64,000 nt of DNA from Rhynchobatus australiae. Taxonomy: Eukaryota. Location: contig JAUZTB010000027.1 in the NCBI GenBank assembly GCA_034780895.1, positions 22,076,249-22,140,248 of the forward strand. Reading direction: 5' to 3'. This document shows positions 26,849-38,849 of this stretch, piece by piece. The position numbers and the translations under genes are program-made. Every line of letters starts with the position of its first letter. The first letter of the stretch is position 1. The notes below the pieces were generated by a model. The model worked only from the letters and a program-made list of their open reading frames with translations, was not told the origin of the DNA and searched no databases.

Positions 26849-27120
26849 TGTTACTTATGCACGGAGCAAGAACGACAATGGTGCAGTAGAATAAACGTCT
26901 TCATATTAATCAAAATACAGAAATTGAGCAACTTACAATTGTAGATTCACAAGAAGTTCTTCAGAGACCTAAAAGCACGCGAGTCCCTGAAGTCCTGCAC
27001 TAAAAAGTGAAGTTGCACGCATCAGAGGGATCAATGCTCCGCCGAGTGATTTTACTGCCACATTCGCTGGAGGATCGACTGACAGGCCTGCGCTGCACTG
27101 TCTCCATACGGTTCGTGCCC
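26849..27120 (-). repeat. 5' LTR of the Gypsy element (diverged, outer end eroded)
   Basis: Shares tgttac.tatgcacggagcaagaac.acaatggtgc, tactgccacattc and tctccata.ggttc with the 3' LTR; PBS adjacent. Confidence 0.75.
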
Positions 27121-27300
27121 CTCAACCATCTCCTTGTTTTGGGCAAAGAACTCCTCCCAGAGCTTCAGATGGATTTCAGCCATCAAGAGGTACATTGAAC
27201 CCGATCTTCACACATTCAAGAAAAATACAGGAAGCAGTTCAAACTACTGTGCCTGGCCTTTCTCAACTTCATATAAACCGAAAGGATATTTGACAGCTGA
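27121..27300 (+). mobile_element. RTE LINE fragment, right part
   Basis: LNHLLVLGKELLPELQMDF resembles LNRL....EELLPESQCGFR and continues the sequence interrupted at 23386. Confidence 0.7.
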
Positions 27301-27329
27301 ATTGGAATTGGGAGCAGTTCAAAATTAAG

Positions 27330-28530
27330 CAAAATAAGACCAGGAGTTTCAATTAAGAGAGGGGAAAAATAGAGGATGAGAGTGAATTTGTAAGGAATGT
27401 AAAAACATAGGTGTACAAGTATTGAAACAAAAGGATCAGTGAAGACAAATATAGATCTCTTGCATACAAAAATGGAAGAATATACAGCAGGAAACAGGGA
27501 AATGACAGAGTTAATAAACCAGTACCTTGGTTTTATCCCAATAGAAGAAATGCTGGGGAACCAAGAGTCTAATGAAAAGGTAGAATTCAAGGAATTAATA
27601 TTACTTTGGGGGGGGTAAAAAAAGAGCTGTAGAAATTAATGCCACTGTAAGCTGATAAATCCCTAGGTCCTCATAATCTGCATCCCATAGTACTAAAAGA
27701 AATAACCATAGAAATGGTGGCATTGTTTGTCATCTTTCAAAATTTTATAGACTGTTCAATATTTCCTGCAGATTTGAAAATGGCAAATGTAGGTCCCAAA
27801 AAAAAAAGACAGGGAAAAAAATTAAGAACACAAAAATTAAGAACACAGCATCGGTGAGTTGGGACAACTTCAAANNNNNNNNNNNNNNNNNNNNNNNNNN
27901 NNNNNNNNNNNNNNNNNNNNNNNNNNNNNNNNNNNNNNNNNNNNNNNNNNNNNNNNNNNNNNNNNNNNNNNNNNTGGTGAAAAAGAAAAGGGAGAATGAG
28001 TGGATATAGTGTATTTGGATTTGATAAAGTCCTACATTAAAGGTTACAGTGTAAAATTAAAGCACCTGGATTTGGGGTATTATACTGACATGGATTGAAA
28101 ATTGGTTGACAGACAGGAAACAGGAGTAAACGGAACTGTTTCAGAGTGCCAGGTTGTGACTAGTGGACCTCAGCTATTTGAAATGTAAATCAATGATTTG
28201 GATGAGGGAACGGAGTACAATTTTTTTTAAAGTTTGTTGATGGCACCAAACTGGGTGGGATTGCAAGTTATGAGGAGGATGCGAGGAGGGTTGAAGGTGT
28301 ATTAGACAAGTTGAGCGAGTGAACAAAAACACGGCAGATGCAGCATGATGTTTATAAATGCGAAGATATCCTCCTGTATGTGAAACAGAAAGGCAGTATC
28401 ATTTAAATGTTGATAGATTGGGCTATGTCGATGTACAAAGGGACTTGCGTGCCCTTGTACACCAGTCACTGAAAGCAAACATGCAGGTGTAGCAAGCAGT
28501 TAAGAAGATGAGTCGTATGTTAACCTTCAT
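27330..28530 (+). mobile_element. Decayed CR1 LINE fragments spanning a gap
   Basis: DKSLGPHNLHPIVLKE, DIVYLD and KFVDGTKLGG motifs. Confidence 0.75.
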
Positions 28531-28664
28531 TGCTCTTGCTACTATTGTCCATGTTTCCAACTCTGACCAAGGGGGATTATGAACAATCCTCAAAACATGC
28601 AACAGTAAGATGGGTATGATGTTATCCTTCACAAAAATGAAATGGATTATCTTTCTCCATCTAG

Positions 28665-28853
28665 GCTGCTGTACGAAATGAGGAATGGAGCCCCATCCAG
28701 TCACAACAGTCTAAAAATTTACAGGCTGGAAAAAGTATTCATCAGCCACCCACAAACCCTCCACCTCGGCCACCTGTTGACCATCGAAGGAAACTAGTGG
28801 ATGATGCAGCAGCTGCAACTGTCTACGGTGGTGCTGCATCAACTCTCAACTGA
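28665..28853 (+). CDS. CYBA: CYBA exon 6 (last coding exon), containing the proline-rich p47phox-binding region
   Basis: ctag|AAVRNEEWSPIQ...SIHQPPTNPPPRPPVDHRRK...STLN*. The six exons total 558 nt, giving 185 aa. Confidence 0.95.
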   Translation, partial: AAVRNEEWSPIQSQQSKNLQAGKSIHQPPTNPPPRPPVDHRRKLVDDAAAATVYGGAASTLN

Positions 28854-29172
28854 GATTCTTGCCATCAATGGAGTTACTACTGTAATTGCTATGCTGTTTT
28901 TTTTAAATGAAGAACTTATTGTAAGGCACTGCAAATTTAAGGAGCTACATAAGCTCAAATTGTGATGAAAAGAAATAAGAACTGATGTTTTTCTGCTATG
29001 CTTTTTTTTACATTTGAAGTGATTTGTTACAACGAGAGATAATCTGTGTTCTTATTCATCAAATGTTACTCTTCATAGAATACTGTTACCTAAAACGTTC
29101 CTGTTGTTTTATCTAGAGTTTATACTTTGAAATATTTTTACAGTATTTTGAGTCAGTTCCTTATAAAATGCT

Positions 29173-29178
29173 AATAAA
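29173..29178 (+). promoter_or_regulatory. Candidate CYBA polyadenylation signal
   Basis: AATAAA about 320 nt after the stop codon, in an AT-rich UTR-like stretch. Confidence 0.5.
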
Positions 29179-29429
29179 GCAATTGATGTATACATGTGAA
29201 TCATCTTTCATGTACATTATACAGTAAAAATACTTGGGCTTTGCATCAAGGCTAGAACAAATTTATGATCGATAACTATTGATGCTCTTGTTCATTTAGA
29301 ACAGTGGGAGCTGGTGACTCTACTTCTGAAGCATTGCACACAAGGCAACTAAGTAATTCCTAACTTTCTTTAATTGACCAAATGATTCCTGTATATTCAT
29401 ATTAAAGTCTACTGGAAATAACAGCTGGG

Positions 29430-29750
29430 TTCAGCTACACACCAAAACTTGCATCATTGTCTGATCTTTTTCTTTTGAACACTCCCTGACATTGATGAAC
29501 AGAAGAGTTTGTGTACAGCAAGATCCCCTGGGCTTGCAGGATGACTAAAGATAGAAATAAACCATTGATCTTTAACTTCAAAGCTACCTCATTCCACGTG
29601 CTGATGGGTCTTCCATCTTCCACAGTTAATATCACTCTTGGTAGCCTCACATACTTTTCTTTGTTGTAAAGGATACTTTCAAGACTGCAGTATATTACAG
29701 GATTATGCCTCATGAGGTGTATTAGCCTCGTCTCCCCATGTATACAGATG
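29430..29750 (-). mobile_element. Possible ancient PIF/Harbinger transposase relic
   Basis: RLPRVILTVEDGRPI resembles GFPRVIGAIDGTHI; SLVILQA resembles SIVLQA. Confidence 0.35.
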
Positions 29751-30799
29751 TAGATTGCTTACCAGTCTGGAGAAGACTAATTACTGTGCTACTGAATAAT
29801 TTTAGTTTGTCAACTCATTGTTTTCCTAAATCAAATACTTAATATGGATGGGGATATGGCAATACTACTTATTTGAAAGTGGGTCATCACTTCATGAAAA
29901 AAATATATCTATGTTGGCTTAAATGCAGCATGAAATTAGTAGTACAGCTGCAAAGGAGCAAAGTGGCTCATCTGTGCTGGATAAGATGCATATAATGGTT
30001 GGAGTATGTTTCAAGTGGCCAAGCTTGCTTTGCTTGTAATCTTTACAGCTAAGGGACAGAAACTTCTGTAGAACTGTCTTAGAGTCAAACATATTCCTAA
30101 AAGTTGTATTGTTTATCAGCAGTATGCTGTAAAATTTCCATTTTACCTAGAGTGAATCGAGTAAGTAATAACATGCATGTTCAGTTGCTCCAATTGCAAA
30201 ATTGGATCAGGTGCTTCCAGTTGTGATTCACATTTGTGCAAATTATTTTGGCCTGGTGTCTGATACATACCAAATGACATCACCATTTATGAAGTGCCTA
30301 TTGACCTTTCCTGGTGTGAATCAGAGATCTAAACTTTGACCTACAGCTATCCTGGAACTGGGAGAGCATTGGATTAGTTTGTGTTTGTCTTGCTAAAATA
30401 CTCTGCTGATATCGAGAATCCTGGCTGGATAGAACTCATTACAGTCTGCTCAAACGTTTTGATTGTTCCAAAGTTCAGCTGCTGAAATATTTAAGAAGTG
30501 GTACTGATGGAAGCTGGAGCCACAGATGGATGCTGGAACCATTAACAGTCATGGTAAGAGCCAAATACATGTCCAGTGGCCGGCAGACAGCCCACTCTCA
30601 GAATCTTCAGAGCCTTCAGAAGATCATTGGGGTGGTCCATGGTGAGGCCTTGGACTACAGTCAACTGGCTGCTGGTTCACTCCGGCTTGCTGAATGACCA
30701 AGGCAGCCAAGCTGGCAGGACCCTGGGAACTGTGCAGCATGGGAGGGTAGTAGCGCTGTGAGGCCAATGTGCAGATAACTGCACTGCATGAGCCAGTTG

Positions 30800-31430
30800 G
30801 AGCACAATCAGCTCGGTGTATTCACAGGCTCAAATACTTCAAAGCTGCCACTGCAGTGACATTTCTGCAGAAAGACCTGCAGCCACACTCTCATGCTGGA
30901 CAACCCTTCCATCATTCTTGATAACAGTAGCAGTTCTCTGCAATCTCCCACAATTGGCCACTGGTACATCGGAGGTTACCCAAGGTATGTTCTCACCAAA
31001 GAATAATTTCATCTAGTTTGGTTTCAGGTGCAAGTGGCATCTCAGACAGGATTGCCAACACTGCTTCCCATGAGTGCAGGCAGTATATAGCCATAAGGGT
31101 ACCCTTTGTATCCCAGACCACTTTATTAACACTAAAGATTTCCTCTCCCTTAATGTGATAGGTGCAGTAGATTATAAGAAAAACCTCCTAAAGGTGAATG
31201 CTCTGTTTCCAGGAAGGATACATGACTCCTTCAACCTGACATTTTCAAGCGGATGGCCTGACAGGGGCTACCCTCCACCTCCATGGCTGTTCACACCAGT
31301 GCACTCTCTAATGACTACAGCTGGGCACAGATACACTGAGAGGCACCAAAGGGCCAGGATAGCAGTGGCAAATGCTACAGCTTTCCTCAGGCTGAGATTG
31401 CCTGATCAGTAGAGGCCGAGCAGACGTAAA
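30800..31430 (+). mobile_element. PIF/Harbinger (DDE_Tnp_4, HARBI1-like) transposase remnant
   Basis: FINTKDFLSLNVIGAVD...VNALFPGRIHDSF...DRGYPPPPWLFTP...RYTERHQRARIAV matches NRKGFHSLNVQ, PGS.HD, DSGYP..PWL.TP and YN..H...R..IE. Confidence 0.85.
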
Positions 31431-32089
31431 GACGTCGATTCACATGCCTGGTTCCAGGGCTGGTCTGTTTGTCATTCGAGGAGTGATTGAGTAGACTGGG
31501 CCTGTATTCTCCAGTATTTTTTATAAAAACAGGAGAGCTCATGATGTCATCTGTTCTGGTCAATCATTCAGCAAATTAGTTTTTAGTCCTAAAATCTTAT
31601 CACTGAATTTATCCAGGAACAGTTAAAAAAAAGAGCCCTGGATCTGATCCGTAGTCTCTTTCCAGGTTTGTTGATATCAGCTGACAATGCAATGGAATAA
31701 CCAAAATCAGCATCTCCCCATCAATACAGCAACATCTAATGACAATTGTTCACCCATCTCTGAGATTTTAACTTCCTAGCTTCTAAAATATAAAATGTTA
31801 ACTTCTTGTTCTTGTCCTTATGTTCTCACCTATGTTTGCAATCTCCAAATGCACACTTCTTAAAAATTCATTTGCTTGACATGATATATTTGGCACAAAT
31901 AGAAATTTGTCTTGGATCACAAGTGTTAATTGTGTGTTTAAGTTATGTTGTACTATGCATGTGTTCATTACCTTATTGTAATTTAGCACACATTTCTATC
32001 CTTGATTCCTCAGAACTATGCTTTACATACACCCTCCCATTTTTTTTCAGTCTGCCAACTCAAATAAATCATCTCATTTTTACTTTTTG

Positions 32090-32770
32090 GATCACCCTTT
32101 GTAAATCTCTCTGTGTTTGGGTGACCACTTCATCGAGCACCTTCACTTCATCAACCGCAACAGTCAGGGCCCCCCGATGGCCGCCCACTTCAATTCCACA
32201 TCCCACTCCCATACTGACATGTCTATCCACGGCCTCCTCTACTGCCACGTTGAGGCCAGATGCAGGTTGGAGGAACAACACCTCATAGTCCTCCTTGGGA
32301 GTCTCCAACCTAATGGCCTCAACATTGGTTTCTCTAACTTCCGGTAACCACCCCGCCCCCCACTCCCCCAACTCCTTTGTCTTCGCTTATTCCTGTGGTT
32401 CCCTTCCCATGCCCTGATGACCTATCCATCTCCTCTCCTCCAACCTTTATTCCATGGCCCACTGCCCTCTCCTACCGGATTTCTTCTTCAGCCCTTTGCC
32501 TCTTCTCCCTATCACCTCTCCACTTATTACATCTCCTCCCTCCCCCACCCACCTACCTTCCCCCCTCACCTGGACTTGCCTATCATCTGAACTCACCTAT
32601 CCCCTGCCTGCATGTGCTCCTCCCCCTCCCCCCACCACCTATTCTGGTTTCTGCCCTCTTCCTTTCCAGTCCTGATGAAGGGTCTCAGCCCGAAACGTTG
32701 ACTGTTATTTTCCCTCCATAGTTGCTGCCTGACCTGCCGAGTTCCTCCAGCACTTCTTCTGTATTGTTAT
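32090..32770 (+). mobile_element. Penelope-like element 3' portion (GIY-YIG endonuclease C-terminus plus 3' UTR)
   Basis: GDHFIEHL...AAHFNSTSHS...RLEEQHLI.LLGSLQPNGLN is the PLE endonuclease tail; pyrimidine-rich UTR and hammerhead motif follow. Confidence 0.85.
32667..32704 (+). ncRNA. Minimal type I hammerhead ribozyme motif
   Basis: cagtc-CTGATGA-aggg tctcag ccc-GAAA-cgtt-gactg: both core boxes intact, stem I cagtc/gactg, stem II ggg/ccc, palindromic aacgtt in place of stem III. Confidence 0.75.
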
Positions 32771-33659
32771 NNNNNNNNNNNNNNNNNNNNNNNNNNNNNN
32801 NNNNNNNNNNNNNNNNNNNNNNNNNNNNNNNNNNNNNNNNNNNNNNNNNNNNNNNNNNNNNNNNNNNNNNNNNNNNNNNNNNNNNNNNNNNNNNNNNNNN
32901 NNNNNNNNNNNNNNNNNNNNNNNNNNNNNNNNNNNNNNNNNNNNNNNNNNNNNNNNNNNNNNNNNNNNNNNNNNNNNNNNNNNNNNNNNNNNNNNNNNNN
33001 NNNNNNNNNNNNNNNNNNNNNNNNNNNNNNNNNNNNNNNNNNNNNNNNNNNNNNNNNNNNNNNNNNNNNNNNNNNNNNNNNNNNNNNNNNNNNNNNNNNN
33101 NNNNNNNNNNNNNNNNNNNNNNNNNNNNNNNNNNNNNNNNNNNNNNNNNNNNNNNNNNNNNNNNNNNNNNNNNNNNNNNNNNNNNNNNNNNNNNNNNNNN
33201 NNNNNNNNNNNNNNNNNNNNNNNNNNNNNNNNNNNNNNNNNNNNNNNTTTGTTTCAAAATCAATTTTCCATACATTGTAACAGCTGTTTTCCAATATCTT
33301 CTTAAAAATAAGCTCACACACTTAAACTGGCAACCAAATCTTGGAATTACTTACCTGAACATTGCTGTTATAAAATTATGCAGTAACTCATTTTGGGACA
33401 ATAATTCCCCCACAAATTGGTGACCACTGTGCCGATTGGAGCTGAGTGAATAAAAATCAATGTATTTATTACATGTAGATTTTCTAATTTAGTAGAGAAA
33501 TATTACTAAATGATCACACAGGAGCATAAAAGAGATAATAAACAGGAGCAGGAACAGGCCAAATAGCCCCCTGAGCCTGCTCCACCATTCAACAAGATCA
33601 TGGCTGATCCAATCTTGTTTTCAAAATCACTTTCCCTTGTATTTCAAATGCCTGTCACT

Positions 33660-34335
33660 TTAATTTTCCACCTCATTCCCACTCTGACCTCTCTGCACTG
33701 TTGCAGCCAAACCCAACATAACCTTGAGGAACAGCACTTCACCTTTATCTAGGCACATTGCAACCCTTGGGACTCAATACTGAATTCAACAATTTCAGGT
33801 AACCAGCCTTTCCTGCTTGTATCAGAACTGGTCAGTTCTGCTTATCATTAACTCAAGTTTTCTCTTTCTGCCTAATCTGCTGGGTATTTCCAGCACTTTT
33901 TGTCTCTTTTGTTTCAGATTTCTAGCAACTGTTATGTTCTGCATCTCACAGTTCCAACATGTTCTTTTGACTAAAAGCAATTACATTACTTTTAGATTAT
34001 ATTACCACCTTGTCTCCACTCTTAGACATTCCCTCTCCATCCCTCCCCTCCCCTCCCCTCCCCTCCCCTCCCCTCGTGTTTTCTGACTTTTCCCAATGAA
34101 AGCTCGTTAACCTGAAAACATTGACTCTGTTCCTCTTTCCACAGATGCTGCCNNNNNNNNNNNNNNNNNNNNNNNNNNNNNNNNNNNNNNNNNNNNNNNN
34201 NNNNNNNNNNNNNNNNNNNNNNNNNNNNNNNNNNNNNNNNNNNNNNNNNNNNGACTCTGTTCCTCTTTCCACAGATGCTGCCTGACCTGCTGAGTGTTTC
34301 CAACTTTTGTTTCTGATTTCCAGCATCTGCAGTTA
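33660..34335 (+). mobile_element. Decayed Penelope-like fragments
   Basis: HNLEEQHF...LGTLQPLGLNTEFNNFR endonuclease tail and acagatgctgcctgacctgctgag 3' ends. Confidence 0.65.
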
Positions 34336-34359
34336 TTTGCTACATTCAGAGAATAAGTT

Positions 34360-34560
34360 ACTTGCTCCCAAACACCTGTAAGTGGCACCTTGGACCAGGA
34401 TGAATACTGAACAAATGGCCACTAATCTGTAAACCAAGCAGTCTAATGTGACAGCAGGTGAGAAATTCATTCATGCATTGGAGCTCTTTGATCAACTGCT
34501 CTTCAGATATGTTTGTATGAAATAGCTCAATGGGGTCTCCTTGCAAGATGTCCACTTGCA
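34360..34560 (-). mobile_element. Possible Harbinger transposase N-terminal relic
   Basis: NISEEQLIKELQCMNE resembles the Harbinger N-terminal DLSEEQC.RRLRF..E. Confidence 0.3.
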
Positions 34561-35205
34561 GTCATTCTGCTCAATGAATCAGTACTGACTCAGGGCATTT
34601 AAAGATATTTCCATGCAAATTAGTTCTTGCCACACCTTTTATAAAAGTGCAAAATCGATGCCTTAAGTGTATAATCATCATGCATTAATTCCACTCATAA
34701 TTGCACAATGGTCAGCCAGAACCTTAGTGAATGGTGAGAACAGGCTTGAAGAATGGAAGTGATCCAAGATCATAGTCTCGATGGGCTAAATGACACTTTT
34801 CTATGCATAAGGAATATGTAAAAGATGTGAGTTAATGGTACTGTTAAACACAAATCACTCATCAGCTCCAGCAGAGGGCAGCCACGTAGTTTGTTTTTCA
34901 TATGAATAACAAATACAGCAACAACCCTATTAAGTCTCACATTTTATTATCATTCTCCCTAATGTTCCTTACTAACAATTGTTATGAACCAAAAGCGAGT
35001 AACAAAAGAAACACACCGAGACATGTATGTGTTAAAATCTACTTTATTAATAGCTACTTATGATAATAAGTAAAATAAAAGTAAAAATGTTAGAATGTTA
35101 GAAGTNNNNNNNNNNNNNNNNNNNNNNNNNNNNNNNNNNNNNNNNNNNNNNNNNNNNNNNNNNNNNNNNNNNNNNNNNNNNNNNNNNNNNNNNNNNNNNN
35201 NNNNN

Positions 35206-35252
<47 letters not shown>
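35206..35252. repeat. (CA)n microsatellite next to a gap
   Basis: Directly visible. Confidence 0.98.
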
Positions 35253-35255
<3 letters not shown>

Positions 35256-35414
35256 TCTAAAAGGGACACTCACTAATAGTCTGTAACACAATCCATGTGA
35301 ATGATTATTCCAAAGTGAAAATAAATAAAATGTACTTTGGAGAGTGTTGAAAGGCTACACAACCAGTTTCTGTGGTTGAATCACATTCAGGTAACCAATA
35401 TGTCATTAGTTCCT

Positions 35415-36090
35415 CAGCAACACACAAAATACTGGAGGTACTCAGTGGATCAGGTGGTATTTATGGAGGGAAATGGACAGTTGATGTTTCGGGTCAAGAC
35501 CCTTCATGAGGACTGGAAAGAAAGAGGGGAGAAAGCAGTATATAACGATAGGGGAAGGGTGTGGAATGAGAGTTGGCGGGTGATTGGTGGATCCAGGTGA
35601 GGGGGAAGACAGGTAGATGGGGGAGGCAGAGAGTGGGAATGATGTAAGATGCTGGGAGGTGACAGGTGGAAGAGAAAAAGGTCTGAAGAAGATGGAATCT
35701 GATAGGAGAGGACATTGGACCATGGAATAAAGGGAAGGAAGTGAGGAGGGGAACTGGAGGGAGGAATGTGTGGGTGATAGGCATATCAAGAGGGCAGGGG
35801 AGGGGAAAGAGATGGGGCGATGGGACCAATGCGATAAGGGAAAATAAAGGGGGGGTCAGAGGAGAGTGGTTACCAGAAGTTAGGGAATTCAATATTCATG
35901 CCATCAGGTTGGACACTACCAAGGCGGAATATGAGGTGCTGTTTCTCTTTCTTTCCAGTCCAGATGAAGGGTCTCAACCTGAAATGTTGACTGTCTAGTT
36001 CCCTCCATAGATGCTTTCTGACCTGCTGAGTTCCTCCAGCATTTTGTGCATTGCTCCAGATTTCCAGCATCTGCAGTCTTTCTTGTATCT
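35415..36090. mobile_element. Inverted pair of Penelope-like 3' ends (minus copy about 35415-35945, plus copy about 35946-36090)
   Basis: The minus copy encodes KQHLIFRLGSVQPDGMNIEFPNFW. Both arms carry degenerate hammerhead cores and point outward. Confidence 0.8.
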
Positions 36091-36699
36091 GTCAGTACTT
36101 CCTCATGCCAGTTTGGTGTTTGCAACATTTATATCAGCCATATGGTGTGTAACACATGAGGAAGATAAACATTTTGAAAGTATCCTTAAGAAATCTCATT
36201 TCAGAGCATGTGCATTTGTACAAAGCTATTTCCTGCTGTGATTTGATTGAGCAATCACATTGCTTGCAATTCTGCATTTCTGTTTTGAACTTTGAATTAT
36301 TTTCACAGCAATAAGCTGTTCAAGATATTTATTGCATTTTTCATATTTAAAACAATGTCCTTCCTACATCCTTCCTACATGGTACTTCCTACATCACCCG
36401 ATTACATATTAACAACATTCCAAGAATAAACAAATATTTAGGTTACCTGCCTGTTTTATTCCAGTATTACTTGCTTTAAGTAAATGTATAACCATCATTG
36501 TAAAATATCCATTCTTTGAATCCAGTGCATCCAATAGGTTCTCTGAGAAGACTTGGAAAGTATTGTCATGATGTTGTAGCAAACTAGGATTAAATGTGAA
36601 CTCCTATTACTCCATTCTATGAAGCCTCAAGAACCTCTGCCTTTAAGGACCAATTTCTCATATCGGTATGCAGCTAATTATCAGAAGCTGCCTTTAACT

Positions 36700-38160
36700 G
36701 AGCCTTTTCCAATTGGGAATTTCCCATTTCCCGTTTTATTGCATGATTCCTCTTGTTTATCATCATAACATTTTTGATGTATTTTTGCCCAATCTCACAA
36801 TATTTTTGAGGGAGGAAGCACTTGGACTAGTGAAATTCCGTTTCTAAGTACCGGTACCTCCCACGGAACAATTTTTCAACCTCCCAGTTCCCATAAGTTA
36901 CAATCCCCTGCCTGCGGTTTCTCCTTCCCTCCATTAGGATAGCTCCCACCTTTGCTTCCAAGTGCAAAATATAAGTTCCAATTTCCAAACAATTATGTGA
37001 ATTTAGTACACTTTATTGAGTTGCCTTTCAAATCTATGTGCACCAACACACCACAATTTCAAGAAATTTGTTGCCATAGTCCATGGCACAAGGAAAATCC
37101 AGACATTTTCCTGTATGGACAATCTTTAGAAAATATTAATATGTTTCTGGGAAACCCTGATTCTATCAAAAGACAAGGTAAGGTATTCCAAAGTGCTATT
37201 ATCACATAAATTATTTCTTATGGTACCCAGCAACATAGATAATACATTAAGAAATAAGAACAGAAAGATATGTAGGATGTGTAGTTTTTGTGATGTGTAA
37301 CAATCCACAGCCAAATGGGCAAACCATCTCAGTGTTGTGTAAAGCACCCCAGCATGGCTAGGTTTAGAACAGCTTTCAAACTGCAAGGAGGCCATCAACA
37401 CAATCAGACCATCGGCACCTATTAAATAGAAATGAACAAAAAGGTACTAATAAATAGAAATTGCCAGTAACTAATATTTCAAAGATAAATCTACTAATCA
37501 GATTTTCTCTTGGAACTATACATTTTACATATTGTTCATCATGACAGACACCCAACAGAACTGGGAAATTATTTATATCTATTTTATTACAGAAGATTAA
37601 TATTCACAATGTGACTTATTTAAATGGGATTCTAATAGATGGTACTTAATTTGAAGCACCACAAGGTATATTCACCTTGCGAGACATAACACACAGAAGA
37701 ATAATGTCTGGCTGGTATAAGCATGTCGATTCCAGTGGCATCAATGTCTCTGGGCAAGAGAGGGAAGAATAGTAACTTCACACGGAAAATGAGTGTTCTG
37801 TGTGTGAATATTGGGCTTATGGTGGTTAGCAACCTACTGATACACAGTCAAGACTTTGAAGTAAGGAAGACCAGTTGGCACTTGGAAATTTATGTTTCAT
37901 TATGAATCAGCACTTCCAGAAGACACTGAAGAGAGATAAATTGCTCTTCAAGCCAAGGTCAATTCAGAGACACTTCAGTGTAATGGTAATCGAATTTACT
38001 GATCCACTATTTTCATAACTCTGGCAATTCCTGTGCCACTCCCTGCTCTTTCTGGTAACCATTCTGAATGAACTTCCTGTCATAGTGTGGAATACTTGGC
38101 CCAAACATGAATGTGCACAAACAACTTCTGGAAGATAGTCAAAACATATGAGATAACCAT
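36700..38160 (-). pseudogene. Two-exon Harbinger/DDE_Tnp_4 transposase-derived pseudogene with putative intron 37111-37675
   Basis: Exon A ends ...FPLLPRDIDATGIDMLIPARHYSSVCYVSQ-G|gtgaat. Exon B starts catacag|(G)KCLDFPCAMDYGNKFLEIVVCW, then LGSKGGSYP and EVEKLFRGRYRYL...PQKYCEI. The motif order matches Harbinger transposase; stops and frameshifts are present. Confidence 0.5.
37280..37450 (-). mobile_element. Harbinger-like fragment, paralogous to 39900-40080
   Basis: Shares caaatgggca.accatctcagtg, agctttcaaa.tg.aa.ga.gccatc.acacaat and tattaa.tagaaa.gaaca..aaggtac with the second copy; translates to include CVDG. Confidence 0.5.
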
Positions 38161-38849
38161 CTACATGGAAAGAATATTTTGTTAATATTATTTGAGGGCA
38201 GCACAATGTGCAGCTAATAGAGAAACTGCCTCACAGCATCAGAGAACTGGGTTCAATCTTACTTTGTGCCCATGTGCGTTTAATGTAAATGGGTGGTTGA
38301 TTTCTGGTGTAGACGCAGTGGACTGAGAGATCTGTTTCTCATCTATGACTAAATATCAATGACAAAAATGACACAATTTCATATATTTGTAATTTGTAAA
38401 GAAAGAGATAATGGTAGTGAAAAGCAATGAATTCTGATGAAAGGTCCACACTGACTCAGTTGCTGGTCATCACTGTTTAACTTCCTTGGCAGATTTCCCA
38501 TTTAGCGTGAGTTTATAAACATTCACCACTCCTTGCCTCTAGGTACACATTATCTTTCCATAGAAAATGAATAACCTCCAGTTCTTATCATCTGATCTTG
38601 TGGTCCATGTGGGAAAATGTTAGACGAATTTTTGTGGAAATAAATTTCCAGAATTTGGTGTAATAACATTATCACTGTTTATCTTTCAACCCATTATGCC
38701 TTGTTTACACATTGAGTTGTTACCTTTTGTTGTCAGACTAGGATACTGTAAGGAACAAATTCAAAATGTATACCTATGATTTAAACCACAACTTTAATGT
38801 TAGAGAGAGAGAATCCTTTCTTTAGTTGCCTGCATGACCTGCTTGAAGC

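Larger units (their letters stand above)
23387..27120 (-). mobile_element. Ty3/Gypsy (Mag-like) LTR retrotransposon, degenerate, inside CYBA intron 5
   Basis: Two related LTRs both start TGTTAC on the + strand (23387 and 26849). TGGCGAC PBS next to the 5' LTR, gag with two CCHC-like knuckles, protease FELDTG, RT (PFGVSSAPGIFQ, YLDDIL), RNase H (ADALSRLP), integrase Zn-finger region (HPGVSRMK). Confidence 0.93.

Noticed and set aside
34122-34282. Direct repeat on both sides of a 100-N gap
   Set aside because: Typical unmerged contig overlap.
36446-37110. Natterin/DM9-like lectin pseudogene (GSYPNGGKE)
   Set aside because: The ordered Harbinger motifs explain the segment better; the similarity was a single short motif.
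37280-37450. Duplicated segment considered as an H/ACA snoRNA or an IL-1/beta-trefoil exon (LQFESCSKP)
   Set aside because: No convincing two-hairpin structure; the second copy has stops in that frame and continues into Harbinger-like motifs.
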